A stretch of 64,000 nt of DNA from Eledone cirrhosa (lineage: Eukaryota), in contig OZ024741.1 of the NCBI GenBank assembly GCA_964016885.1, positions 275,218,001-275,282,000 on the forward strand. Reading direction: 5' to 3'. This document shows positions 42,260 through 56,190 of this stretch, piece after piece. Within the stretch, counting starts at the first letter, position 1, and every line of letters starts with the position of its first letter. The position numbers and the translations under genes are program-made. Below the pieces are notes generated by a model, which searched no databases, was not told the origin of the DNA, and saw nothing but the letters and a program-made list of their open reading frames with translations.

Positions 42260-43476
42260 TCCATACCAAACATACATTACCATCTCATACATTCCCATAC
42301 CATACCATACCATACCATCCCATACTATACCATACCATACTATACCATACCACACCATACCATACCATACCATACCATACCATACATTACCATCCCATAC
42401 ATATCCATACCATACCATCCCATACTATACCATACCATACCATCCCATACTATACCATACCATCCCATACTATACCATACCATACCACCCCATACCATAC
42501 CATACCATACCATACATTACCATACCATCCCATACTATACCATACCATCCCATACCATACCACCTCATACCATCCCATACCATACCATCCCATACCATAC
42601 CATACCATTCCATACCATACCATACCATACCATACATTACCATCCCGTACCATACCATACCATACCATACCATCCCGTACCATCCCATACTATACCATAC
42701 CATACCATCCATTACCATACCATACATTACCATACATTACCATACCATCCCATACCATACCATCCCATACCATACATTACCATACCATACCATCCCATAC
42801 CATACATTACCATCCCATACCATACCATACCATCCCATACCATACATTACCATCCCATACCATACCATCCGATACCATACCATACCATCCCATACCATAC
42901 CATCCCATGCCATACCATCGCATACCATACCATCCCATACCATACCATCCCATGCCATACCATCGCATACTATACCATCCCATACCATACCATACCATAC
43001 CATCCCATACCATACCATCCCATGCCATACCATCGCATACTATACCATCCCATACCATACCATACCATACCATCCCATACCATACCATCCCATACCATAC
43101 ATTACCATCCCATACCATACCATACTATACCATCCCATACCATACCATCCCATACCACACCATACCATACCATACCATACCATACCATACCATACCATAC
43201 CATACCATCCGATACCATACCATCCCATACCATACCATACCATCCCATGCCATGCCATACCATACCATACCATACCATACCATACCATCCGATACCATAC
43301 CATCCCATACCATACCATACCATACCATCCCATGCCATACCATACCATACCATCCCATGCCATACCATATCATACCATACCACACCATACCATACCATAC
43401 CATACCACACCATACCATACCATACCATACCATACCATACCACACCATACCATACCATACCATACCATACCATACC
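42260..43476. repeat. (CCATA)n pentanucleotide satellite
   Basis: Direct. Confidence 0.95.
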
Positions 43477-43851
43477 TACTCCACCAATTCCAGTGCTGTT
43501 ACGTGACCAGAAGGAGATATGTGCCACTGGTGCCTTTAAAAGGGTCCATCTGAGCCCCTCCCCTGCTCTGATCTCACCTACAGTACCCAGCTACCCGGCT
43601 ACCCAACTACACAACCTTGCTTCAGCACTCTACAATATTTCCAGACCTACCCGAGGGCTGCCATGGTTTTGTTTTTTTTATCTGACAGGAAGAAGGCATT
43701 TTCTGATGATGGGTGGTTTTATTTGATGTCTCTCTCTCTCTCTCTCCCCCCCTCTCTCTCTCTTCCCCTCTCTCCCCCTCTCTCTCTATTTACAAGATCT
43801 CTTTAAAGTTACAAATACACACACATACACACATGTATATATGTGTGAGTG

Positions 43852-43895
<44 letters not shown>

Positions 43896-43962
43896 CGTGT
43901 GTGTGTATACACATATATGTATATATATATACACATATATATATATACACATATATATACAC

Positions 43963-43997
<35 letters not shown>

Positions 43998-44129
43998 CAT
44001 ATATATATATATACACATATATATATATACACATATATATGTATACACACACATATATATATATATACACATATACATATAAATATATATATATGCACAC
44101 ACAAATACATATATACACACACAAATATA

Positions 44130-44180
<51 letters not shown>

Positions 44181-44201
44181 GTATAATATATATATGTGTG
44201 A

Positions 44202-44254
<53 letters not shown>

Positions 44255-44394
44255 CACATACGTACAGATATATACATACATGCTGTATACACGTGTCACT
44301 GATTTCAAGTATAATTGTATTTTTCTTTGACAACACCACTGCCACTACCAACACCACCCCAACAACAACAACAACAACAACACTTCCACTAGTA

Positions 44395-45625
44395 CAACAA
44401 CACCACACCCTCCTCCACCACCAATAACAACAACCCCCGCCATCACCACCACCGCAATAACAACAACAACACCACACCCTCCTCCACCACCAATAACAAC
44501 AACCCCCGCCATCACCACCACCGCAATAACAACAACAACACCACACCCTCCTCCACCACCAATAACAACAACCCCCGCCATCACCACCACCGCAATAACA
44601 ACAACAACACCACACCCTCCTCCACCACCAATAACAACAACCCCCGCCATCACCACCACCGCAATAACAACAACAACACCACACCCTCCTCCACCACCAA
44701 TAACAACAACCCCCGCCATCACCACCACCGCAATAACAACAACAACACCACACCCTCCACCACCGCCACCAGTAACAACAACCCCCACCATCACCACCAC
44801 CGCAATAACAACAACAACAACACCACCACCACCACTAACAACCACACCACCGCCACTATTAACAACCACACCAACACCACCACCACCACCACCACTGACA
44901 ACCACACTGACAACCACGCCAACACCACCACCACCTCTAACAACCACACCACCGCCACTATTAACAACCACACCAACACCACCACCACCACTAACAACAA
45001 CACCACCGCCGCTGCCGTCACCACCAATAACAACCACACTAACAACCACACCACCGCCACTATTAAAACACACCAACACCACCACCACCACCACTAACAA
45101 CACCACCATCACCACTAACAACCACACCTCCACCACCACTAACAACCACACCACCACCACTATTAACATCCACACCAACACCACTAACACCACCACTAAC
45201 AACCACACCACCACCACCACCACTAACAACCACACCACCACCACCACCACTAACAACCACACCACCACCACCACCATCACTAACAACCACACCACCACCA
45301 CCACTAACAACCCCGCCACCACCACTAACAACCACACCACCACCACCATCACTAACAACCACACCACCACCACTAACAACCCCACCACCACCACTAACAA
45401 CCCCACCACCACCACCACCACCACTAACAACCACACCACCACCACCATCACTAACAACCACACCACCACCACTAACAACCCCACCACCACCACTAACAAC
45501 CACACCACCACCACCATCACTAACAACCACACCACCACCACCACCACTAACAATCACACCACCACCACTAACAATCACACCACCACCACCACCACTAACA
45601 ACCCCGCCACCACCACTACAACAAC
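44395..45625. repeat. 69-bp tandem repeat grading into (ACC)/(CTAACAACCAC) repeats
   Basis: Five to six copies of CACCACACCCTCCTCCACCACCAATAACAACAACCCCCGCCATC... Confidence 0.9.
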
Positions 45626-45774
45626 AGTCACATACAGGGTGGCCCAGCCAATATTAATGTGAGATCTTCAATGATACAGTTTTGTTTTGTTTAAAGTAAG
45701 GTTGTAGTGTCATGGTATATTTAGTCACCCTCACACTACATGTTGAGTAGAGGCTACTGGGAGGTTTTCTTTTA

Positions 45775-46190
45775 GCCTACACTCCATTAGATATTCACTC
45801 ACACTCACTATACTGTAACCACACTCCATCAAATACCCACCAACCTTCACTCTGTAAGCCCCACTCCATTAAATACTCATCAACCTTCACTCTATAAGCT
45901 CCACTTCATTTAATACCAACCCACCCTCTCTATATAAGCCCCACTCCATTAAATACCTGCCCACCTTCACTCTATAAGCCCCACTTCATTAAATACCCAC
46001 CCACATTCACTCTATAACCCCCACTCCATTAAATACCCACCCACACTCACTATAACATCTACTCTATCAAATACCCATCCACCTTCACTCTAAAACCTAC
46101 ACTCCATTAAGCACCCACCCACCATCACTATAAAACCTCCACTCCATTAAATACCCATCCACCCTCACTCTTTAACCCATACTCAATGTT
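45775..46190. repeat. Degenerate tandem repeat of about 40 bp (CCACTCCATTAAATACCCACCCACCTTCACTCTATAAG)
   Basis: About 10 diverged units. Confidence 0.8.
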
Positions 46191-46287
46191 TCTTCACAAA
46201 ATGTCAAAATATTTTTTTTTAAATTCATGTTTGTCTCAAATTACCCCCTCCCACCCCCTCTCTCTTTCCTTTTCTTTCTCTTTAGAT

Positions 46288-47838
46288 TGTCTGTCTGTGT
46301 ATCTGTCAGTCTGTCTGTCTTTGTGTCTGTGTCTGTCTGTATGAGTGTGTCTCTGTCTGTCTGTCTGTCTGTATGAGTGTGTCTGTCTGTCTGTCTGTAT
46401 GAGTGTGTCTGTCTGTCTGTCTGTATGAGTGTGTCTATGTCTGTCTGTACGAGTGTGTCTCTGTCTGTCTGTCTGTCTGTCTGTCTGAGTGTGTCTGTGT
46501 CTGTCTGTCTGTATGAGTGTGTCTGTCTGTATGTATGTCTGTATGAGTGTGTCTGTATGTCTGAATGAGTCTGTCTATCTGTCTGTATGAGTGTGTCTGT
46601 ATGTCTGTATGAGTCTGTCTGTCTGTCTGAGTGTGTTTGTGCCTGTCTGTATGAGTGTGTCTGTGTCTGTCTGTCTGTCTGTATGTCTGTATAAGTGTGT
46701 CTGTCTGTATGAGTGTGTCTGTGTCTGTCTGTCTGTATGTCTGTATGAGTGTGCCTGCCTGTCTGTTTGTATAAGTGTGTCTGTCTGTCTGTATAAGTGT
46801 GTCTGTCTGTCTATATAAGTGTGTCTGTGTCTGTCTGTCTGTATGTCTGTATAAGTGTGTCTGTCTGTATGAGTGTGTCTGTGTCTGTCTGTATGTATGT
46901 CTGTATGAGTGTGCCTGTCTGTCTGTCTGTATAAGTGTGTCTGTCTGTATGAGTGTGCATGTCTGTCTGTCTGTATAAGTGTGTCTGTCTATCTGTATAA
47001 GTGTGTCTGTGTCTGTCTGTCTGTCTGTATGTCTGTATAAGTGTGTCTGTCTGTATGAGTGTGTCTGTATGAGTGTGTCTGTATGTCTGTCTCTGTGTCT
47101 GTATGTCTCTCTGTGTCTATGTCTGTGTGTCTGTCTGTCTGTTTGTCTGTATGAGTGTGTCTGTATGCCTGTCTCTGTGTGTGTATGTCTGTCTGTGTGT
47201 GTATGTGTGTGTGTCTGTATGTCTGTGTGTCTGTCTGTGTGTGTCTGTATGTCTGTCTCTGTGCGTGTATGTCTCTGTGTGTGTATGTCTGTCTGTGTGT
47301 CTTGGATGTTTTCTCAAAATGTTTGGCTAAAAGAAAAACAGGAAATAAAAGAAGAAAAAAAAGAAAATGTAAAGGAAACTCTTGTATTTGGCAGTGGGTA
47401 TGAATATATGTGTATGTGTGTATGAATATATGTGTGTGTGTGTATGAATATATGTGTGTGTGTGTATGAATATATGTGTGTGTGTGTATGAATATGTGTG
47501 TGTATGAATATGTGTGTGTGTGTGTATGAATATATGTGTGTGTGTGTATGAATATATATGTGTGTGTGTATGAATATATGTGTGTGTATGAAAATATGTG
47601 TGTGTATGAATATATATGTGTGTGTATGAATATATGTGTGTGTGCGTATGAATATATGTGTGTGTGTATGAATATATGTGTGTGTGTGTATGAAGATATG
47701 TATGTGTGTGTATGAATATATATGTGTGTGTATGAATATATATGTGTGTGTGTATGAATATATATATGTGTGTGTATGTATATATTTGTGTGTGTGTGTG
47801 TGTGTATATATATTTGTGTGTATATATATATTTGTGTG

Positions 47839-47872
<34 letters not shown>

Positions 47873-47878
47873 AATATA

Positions 47879-47921
<43 letters not shown>

Positions 47922-48075
47922 ATATTTGTATGTGTGTGTGTATATATTTGTGTGTGTGTGTGTGAATATATTTGTATGTGTGTATATTTGTATGCGTGTG
48001 CGTGTGTATGTATATATATTTGTATGTGTATGTGTGTATATATATATATTTATGTATGTGTGTGTATGAATATAT
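46288..48075. repeat. (GTCT)/(GT)n and (TG)nTATGAATA compound repeats
   Basis: Direct. Confidence 0.9.
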
Positions 48076-48079
48076 TTGT

Positions 48080-48300
48080 TTGTTCCATGCTTCAGTAACT
48101 CTGAGCGTGAAAAATGTCTACGAAAGTCATGGGAGCTGTGCTGTTTTCTGATTTTGTAGGCATGTCCACGTGTGTTAAACACATGGAGATTAAAAAGGTG
48201 CTCAGGGTTGTTGTTGGCGAGATGGTTAATAACTTTGTAGGTGTTTACCAAGTCCCTTGCCAGACGTCGGAGCTTCAATGAATCCATGCCCAGGGAAGCA
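48080..48300 (-). mobile_element. CR1-clade LINE ORF2 3' fragment
   Basis: MDSLKLRRLARDLVNTYKVIN..LF..NTRGHAYKIRKQ..FRRHF, a CR1 C-terminal signature. Confidence 0.8.
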
Positions 48301-48353
48301 AGATGTTCATATATATATATATACTTGTATCTATACGCGTGTACACTTCCTCA

Positions 48354-48387
<34 letters not shown>

Positions 48388-48389
<2 letters not shown>

Positions 48390-48630
48390 TCATCATCATC
48401 ATCAACGTTTAACGTCCGTGTTCCATGCTTGCATGGGTTTGGACGGGGGTAGTCCCACTTGAGGCAAGAGTGATTGTCTTGCTCGCATAGGACTGTCTGG
48501 CAGGTTTTCTACAGTTGGATGCCCTTCCTAACACCAACCACATTTACAGTGTGGGTCTGGGAGGTTTTTACCGTGTTGCCTACACGGCCACATTACAGCG
48601 TGGACTGTGTGTTTTTTTTGTCGTGACACC
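48388..48630 (-). mobile_element. Near-identical copy of the RTE 3' UTR
   Basis: Reverse complement of about 38915-39150 with very few mismatches. Confidence 0.85.
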
Positions 48631-48689
48631 ATATATATATCAATAATATTAATAAATGGAAAATATCTTTATAAAACCATATTTATTAT

Positions 48690-48742
48690 ATTAAACGTAT
48701 TTCAAGGGTACTAATATTTAAGTACGCTTTCGTCAGATAAAA
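48690..48742 (-). ncRNA. Hammerhead-like motif, long stem II family
   Basis: Minus: TTTTAT-CTGACGA-AAGCGTACT-TAAATATT-AGTACCCTT-GAAA-TACG-TT-TAAT. Confidence 0.6.
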
Positions 48743-49164
48743 TATAATAATTGGTGTTAAGATAGTGACATATCTTCATGTGAACTTCATGATATAAGTT
48801 CAGTGAAGATAGTTGTAAATTAACTTTGTTGAATAATCAACAAACCAAATAACTCATTGTTTATATATATATATATATATCATCATCATCATCATTTCAA
48901 GTAGGGAAAAGCGGACGTAAAAACGTCTGCTTTTCCCTGCTTGCAAGGGTGGGACGGGAACTGATTCTGGCTTGATTTCTACAGCTGGATGCCCTTTCTA
49001 ACACCAACCTCATTTACAGTGAGTGCTGGGTGCTTTTTTGCCGTGACACCTCCATGACCATTTTGCAGTGGAATGATATGGAAAGGCATCCAGCTGTAGA
49101 AATCAAGCCAGAATTAGTTACCGTCCCACCCTCGCAAGCAGGGAAAAAGCGGACGTAAAATGAA

Positions 49165-49200
<36 letters not shown>

Positions 49201-49534
49201 AGAGAGAGAGAGAGAATATCAGTTTACAAAGATCTACCTCTCCTATACATTGATCTGCTGTCCGATCACCTCTCAATGCATAGGGCACACACATAGTTAT
49301 CGTTCAAATCCCACCGAGGTCAACTTTGTCTTTCATCCATTCAAGGTTGGTTAAAAAAGTACCAGTCAAATACTGCGGTTGATTCTCCCTCTATATCTCT
49401 TTCTCGCGTTCCTCTATATCTCTCACTCTATCTTCAGGTTTAAAAAATGCCCTAGAAACAGCATATATCAATGCAGTGCCCCAACAACACCCTCAAGAGT
49501 TACAGGACCATGCCATATATATATGCATGAATGA

Positions 49535-49611
<77 letters not shown>

Positions 49612-49708
49612 GTATTTCCGAAGAAAAAGCAAAGGAAAAAAGAGTGCTCTATGTATAGAACAGAGCTATTTAATTAGAAAGTGAACAACACAATCTATAA
49701 CTACTCCA

Positions 49709-49776
49709 TTCGTCTGATGAGCGAACTAGGCGTATGTTAATATTGTCTCGGGTCCTGAAACCTTTGGTAATGGAGT
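49709..49776 (+). ncRNA. Type I hammerhead with long degenerate stem II
   Basis: TTCGT-CTGATGA-[36 nt]-GAAA-CC-TTT-GG-T-A-ATGGA. Confidence 0.55.
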
Positions 49777-49803
49777 AATATATTGTGTTGTTCACTTTAT
49801 AAT

Positions 49804-49876
<73 letters not shown>

Positions 49877-49900
49877 GTATATATATATGTATATATATAT

Positions 49901-49946
<46 letters not shown>

Positions 49947-50102
49947 CTATATATATATACATACATGCACACATATATATATATACGTATGGATTCAACG
50001 AACATTTATTATAATGCTCGGTGTGTTTGTAAATAAACATCCCGTATTAAGCCGTAGTGTCTAGCAACCATCGTTGCTCGTTTGTTCAACACTGACAAAG
50101 GA

Positions 50103-50145
50103 ACGCTGTACTAGTTTCAAGCTTATTAGCTATCGTCAGCAACGT
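50103..50145 (-). ncRNA. Minimal type I hammerhead (left arm of fold-back)
   Basis: Exact reverse complement of 50408-50450. Confidence 0.8.
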
Positions 50146-50407
50146 ATACCTTCCTGCCAGATTGTTGAACGTATATACTTACCTTATGCATATTAACGGC
50201 TGAGTAGCACAATTTACATATCGAGTGGGTTAATCGGCCGGGTGCACCGAAAACGATAAACGAAAAAAATGAAACGAAATTTCATTTCCCACTCTTAGTA
50301 CGGCTGTTACTTAAATATAAGTATGTACACGTACATACATATATGTATACAGACGTACAGTATGCATAAGGTAAGTATATACGTTCAACAATCTGGCAGG
50401 AAGGTAT

Positions 50408-50450
50408 ACGTTGCTGACGATAGCTAATAAGCTTGAAACTAGTACAGCGT
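50408..50450 (+). ncRNA. Minimal type I hammerhead (right arm of fold-back)
   Basis: ACGTTG-CTGACGA-T-AGCT-AATA-AGCT-T-GAAA-CTAG-T-A-CAGCGT. Confidence 0.8.
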
Positions 50451-51526
50451 TCCTTTGTTAGTGTTGAACAAACGAGCAACGATGGTTGCTAGACACTACG
50501 GCTTAATACGGGATGTTTGTTTACAAACACTCCGAGCATTATAATAAATGTTCGGTGAATCCATACGTATATATATATATGTGTGCATGTATGTATATAT
50601 ATATACATACTACTGTACGTCTGTATACATATATATATATATATATGTATGTATATATATGTATATATATATGTATGTATGTATATATATGTATATATAT
50701 ATATGTATGTATATATATGTATATATATATATGTATGTATATATATATGTATGTACGTATATATATATGTATATATATATGTATGTATATATATGTATAT
50801 ATATATGTATGTATATATATGTATATATATATGTATATATATATGTATGTATATATATGTATATATATATGTATGTATATGTATATATATATATATATGT
50901 ATATGTATATATATATATATGGTGGCTGCCAACTCGTTTTCGAGTACGGCCACTACTTTATATCCATATAGGAGAACCCCTACCGATGCGCCGAACGGGT
51001 GTGACTTTTTAGTCCAGCCAGCGACTTGAAAACTCTGGAACAAACACTACACTTGTGACAATTATTGACACATAGTGCTGGGCCCATGGTACCATGTGAC
51101 GACAAGTGCAGAGAGATCTCCAGATATAAAGCAATGCCTGTGCCGTGAAGCTTTTATAGTGAGCAAAGGCACTGCACAAAGCCAGTCCCACTCTCTTAAC
51201 CAAGATGATATTTACCAAAAAGAAGAACAAGTCAACATCATTGGATACCATCAGAGTCGCAGGTGTTATATCAGAGTTTTCCTTCTCCTAGAATTCTGCC
51301 TTGACAAAGGCTAAGGGGTCATCTCTCCCGGTGATTTTGGATGGCCATTGACTCTTAAGAGCTCCTTTGCCCTTTGACAGGTTTTGTTTTTAGTCCTGCA
51401 GGATGTCCAAAGTCACCCTCCTCACCAAGAAACCTTGGTGGGGTTGCCAGTTTAGTCGCCAACGACCCGACCATGAGACAGGTTGTACTGGAATACATGT
51501 TACCAGTAGCACCAACTGGTGACCTG

Positions 51527-51577
<51 letters not shown>

Positions 51578-51666
51578 ATATATATATGTATATATATATG
51601 TATGTATATGTATATATATATATATATATGTATGTATATATATGTATATATATATGTATGTATATG

Positions 51667-52112
<446 letters not shown>

Positions 52113-52659
52113 GTATGTATCTCTGTATCGTTCCAATTTTAGAATATGTACTGCCGTAGCTAGTACAATATATATATATATATATGTATATATATATTTA
52201 TAAGTTAAAACAATGAAATAAAAAATCAAGTCATTAGAGATATACTTCACTGCTTTACGATCGTTTCTAGATGGTGATAATACATTGTATCTATACTCAG
52301 TTATTGATCTATGTAAGTTTATGGTGATATGCATGTATAACAGCTGGTGATATGCATCTAAGTAAATACTCTCCCTATCTGATAGTTTGTAAACTTACAT
52401 AGATCAATAACTGAGTATAGATACAGTGTATTATCACCATCTAGAAACGATCGTAAAACAGTGAAGTATGACTTGATTTTTTATTTCATTGTTTTAACTT
52501 ATATCATGACTCTGTTTTCCTTTTAATGTTTTATTATTTTCTGAGATTTATCTTAACCTACAACATTTTCAACATATGGATTACATCGAGTTCTTCATAC
52601 AGAATAGACCCCACAACTTACAGTGGATACCTCTGTGTATATATATATATATAAAGGAA

Positions 52660-52950
52660 CGAACGATCGACTTTCGTCAAATCAGACCGACGAAACAATG
52701 TTTCCGTTGGTCTTTCCAATTGCTAATACTATCGAACGATCGACTTTCGTCAAATCGGACCGAGGAAACAATGTTTCCGTTGGTCTTTCCAATTGCTAAT
52801 ACTATCTATCGGTGGCAACTCCAGGTAGAAGGAGCAACGTGAAATAAAGTGTCTTGCTCAAGGACATAACGCATCGCCTGGTCCAGGAATCGAACTCACA
52901 ATCTTACGATTGCGAATCCAATTCTCTAACCACTCAGCCACACGCCTTCA
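52660..52950 (-). mobile_element. CORE-like SINE with a tandemly duplicated tail segment of about 74 bp
   Basis: Same family as 2340-2557. Confidence 0.8.
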
Positions 52951-53054
52951 CATATATATATATGTATGTAAAAGGTAAACAGAAATAACAACACAATCGG
53001 TACAGTATATGGAAGGGATATATTAGGTTAACGCTTTATATAGCAGGAAGAGGG

Positions 53055-53090
53055 TCTTAACGTTTCAGACGCTAGTCCTTCATCAGAAGA
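53055..53090 (-). ncRNA. Minimal type I hammerhead (tandem copy A)
   Basis: Minus: TCTT-CTGATGA-A-GGAC-TAGC-GTCT-GAAA-CG-T-T-AAGA. Confidence 0.8.
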
Positions 53091-53353
53091 AAGAATGAGA
53101 AATAAGATAGATTGAGGGGACGGGCGATATATATATATATATACATATAATAAAGGAGTTAAGAATAACATGGATCAGCCATACAGTAGGGTTTATTCAA
53201 GTATTAACAAATGTTTCATTGGTCCGGTGTGTCTAAAAACCGCTATACTACCGCGACAATGGATTTTAAGGCAAACAAAAATAACAAAGCAAACGACACA
53301 GTATAATAAAGAAATATATTAATAGTTTTATGCTTGATATGGTAGGAAAAGAG

Positions 53354-53389
53354 TCTTAACGTTTCGGACGCTAGTCCTTCATCAGAAAA
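53354..53389 (-). ncRNA. Minimal type I hammerhead (tandem copy B)
   Basis: Minus: TTTT-CTGATGA-A-GGAC-TAGC-GTCC-GAAA-CG-T-T-AAGA. Confidence 0.8.
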
Positions 53390-54061
53390 TAGATTGAGGA
53401 GAGAGATTATTGTCCTTCATCGATCCACTGCTTAGTTCAATGTCTACAAATTTTCTCTCTCGGTCCCTGTGCAGATTATAAGATTATTGTTGATGTGTCT
53501 TATTTTGAACAGCCGTGTATATATATATATCTGTGCTAATAACTAACGATATATTGACCACTATTGATAACTAGATTGGTTAATGTTGGCAAATAATTGA
53601 AAGCTAATACATAACTGACACAAACTGTTGATTCATCACTGTCTTATTGTTCAGATTAGCATTTACCATTTACCACTTACCATGTTAAATAAAGACCTTA
53701 CTGGCAGCTTCTACATATTAAAATCATATAATTTGACCTCTCCATGTTGAAATACAACAATATACCAGTGCTGGTTTGATGGATGATAGAGTGGCTGGCA
53801 AGAGTGAACAACATATAGTTAATCTATATTTGATCTCTGTCTCTGTGTCTAACTATATATATGTGTGTGTCAGTATGTATATATATATATGTATGTGTGT
53901 GTGTGTCAGTATGTATATATATATGTATGTGTGTGTGTCAGTATGTATATATATATATGTGTATATATATATATATGTATGTGTGTGTGAGTATCTATAT
54001 ATATGTATATATATATGTGTATATATATATATGAGTATGTGTGTGTGAGCATGTCTATATA

Positions 54062-54128
<67 letters not shown>

Positions 54129-55502
54129 ATGTGCGTGTCAGTATGTATATATATGTGTATATATATATATAAATATATATATATATATGCATGTATGTGT
54201 GTCAGTATGTATATATATATGTGTATATATGTGTGTGTGTACGTATATATATATATGTGTATATATATGTATGTGTGTGTATGTATATATATGTGTATAT
54301 ATATATAGGTATGTGTGTGACAATATGTATATATATATATATGTGTATATATATATAATGTATGTGTGTGAGTATGTATATATATATATGTGAATGTTAA
54401 TTCTTGTGTGTGTGTGTTTGTACGAGTGTATCTGAGTTCATCAATATATATATATATATGTATATATATTTATTCTTATGAGTAAGTATATGTGTCTGTG
54501 TGTGTGTGTAAGTATGCCTGTGTGTGTGTGTAAGTATGTGTGTATGTATGTGTGTGTATGTCTGTGTGTGTGTGTAAGTATGCCTCTGTGCATGTGTGTG
54601 TGTGTGTCCGGCTGTGTATGTGTGTAAGTATGCCTCTATGTGTGTGTGTGTGTGTAAGTATGCCTCTGTATGTATTTATGTGTGTGTGTGTATGTGTCTG
54701 TCTGTATGTATGTGTGTGTGTGTATGTCTGTCTGTCTGTATGTGTGTGTGTGTGTATGTATGCCTGTGTGTGTATGTCTGTCTGTATGTGTGTGTGTGTG
54801 TGTAAGTATGCCTCTGTATGTATGTATGTATGTATGTATGTATGTGTGTGTGTGTGTGTGTATGTCTGTCTGTATGTGTGTGTGTGTAAGTATGGCTATG
54901 TATGTGTGTGTGTCTGTGTGTGTAAGTATGCCTCTGTATGTATGTGTGTAAGTATGTCTGCCTGTGTGTATGTGTGTGTGTATGTGTGTATGTATGTATG
55001 GGCAATGTTATCTTACAAATGAATACACACCTAGAACTGTCAAGATATGGGGTCAGGGGATGACGAATTGTTGCTGCTGTTGTTACTGGTGGAGTGGTGA
55101 AGGTGGTGGTGGTGGTGGTGGTGTTTGCGGTGGTGGTGGTGGTGGTGGTGAAGATTGCGGTGGTGGTGGTGGTGGAGATTGTGGTGGTTATGATGATGAT
55201 TATGGTAGCGGTGGTGGTGGTGGTGATTATGATGGTGATGGTGATTATGGTAGCGGTGGTAGCGGTGGTGGTGATTATGATGATGATGATGATGATGATG
55301 GTTATGGTGATTATGATGATGTTGGTGATGATGATTATGGTAGCGGTGGTGATTATGATGATGATGATTCTGTTTCAACAAATAGAAAATAAAGCATGGA
55401 GGTTACATGGTCGCAGATAGAAGTCACAAATCTCGTGCAGCCCTAACGTATTTCTCAGGGAGATTCAGAGACAAGGCTAGTCCTTTCAATTGCAAGTACA
55501 AC

Positions 55503-55655
55503 GGTGGATTGGCAGTATCGGTAGAGCGTCGGATGCTATGCTTTGCAGCAAAGAGTTACGGCCCTTTATGGTCTGAGTTCAAATCCCGCCTAGGTTAACT
55601 TTGCTTTTCATCCTTACGGGGGTCTATAAAATAAAGTACCAGTAATACACTGAGA
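55503..55655 (+). mobile_element. SINE family A
   Basis: Similarity to the other copies. Confidence 0.8.
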
Positions 55656-55784
55656 TAATACAGAAATTACTTCTACAGGACTAGAACTAGAGCAGTTTCA
55701 TTCCTGATTGATTTTCTTCAAATGAAACAGTTCTAGTCCTGTAGTAGCCTTTTCTATACTAAATGTTGTTATATATATAATGAA

Positions 55785-56190
55785 AATGATTGTGTACAGT
55801 GCTCAGGTGCACTACAACTCATCAAAGGTGTATGTATAGTACATAGAATGATGTACAAATGTCAGGAAAGTGAACAGTGTATGAGTCATGATATATATGA
55901 CACACACACAACACATACATATGCGTGCGTATGTATGGAGGGGGAATATCAGGTGTAGTGTTGGCGAATTTCGGGAAGCATGGAAGTTTTGAAGAATGCA
56001 GTGTCTCCGGCAGCAAATACATGATGCAACTCTGAGCTAGAAAAAAATCTTTCTGAATGTCATGAGAGCTGTAGTTTTCTGGTTTTGTAAGTACGTCCAC
56101 GGGTGTTAGACATATGGAATTCAAAAAGGTGTTCAGGTTTGTTGTTTGAAAGATGGTTAATAGTCTTGTGTCTACCAAAGTTGCCAGATA
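55785..56190 (-). mobile_element. CR1-clade LINE 3' end with UTR
   Basis: Frameshifted ..INHLSNNKPEHLFEFHMSNTRGRTYKTRK.., homologous to 48080-48300. Confidence 0.7.

Noticed and set aside
40219-43726. Long ORFs of 1095, 615, 590 and 495 aa
   Set aside because: Open in several frames only because the minisatellites lack stop codons; no domain content.
50920-51530. Unique-looking ORFs at 51009-51314
   Set aside because: Contains TTCCTTCTCCTAG..AAGGCTAA, which resembles an RTE-related non-coding repeat; no coherent protein.
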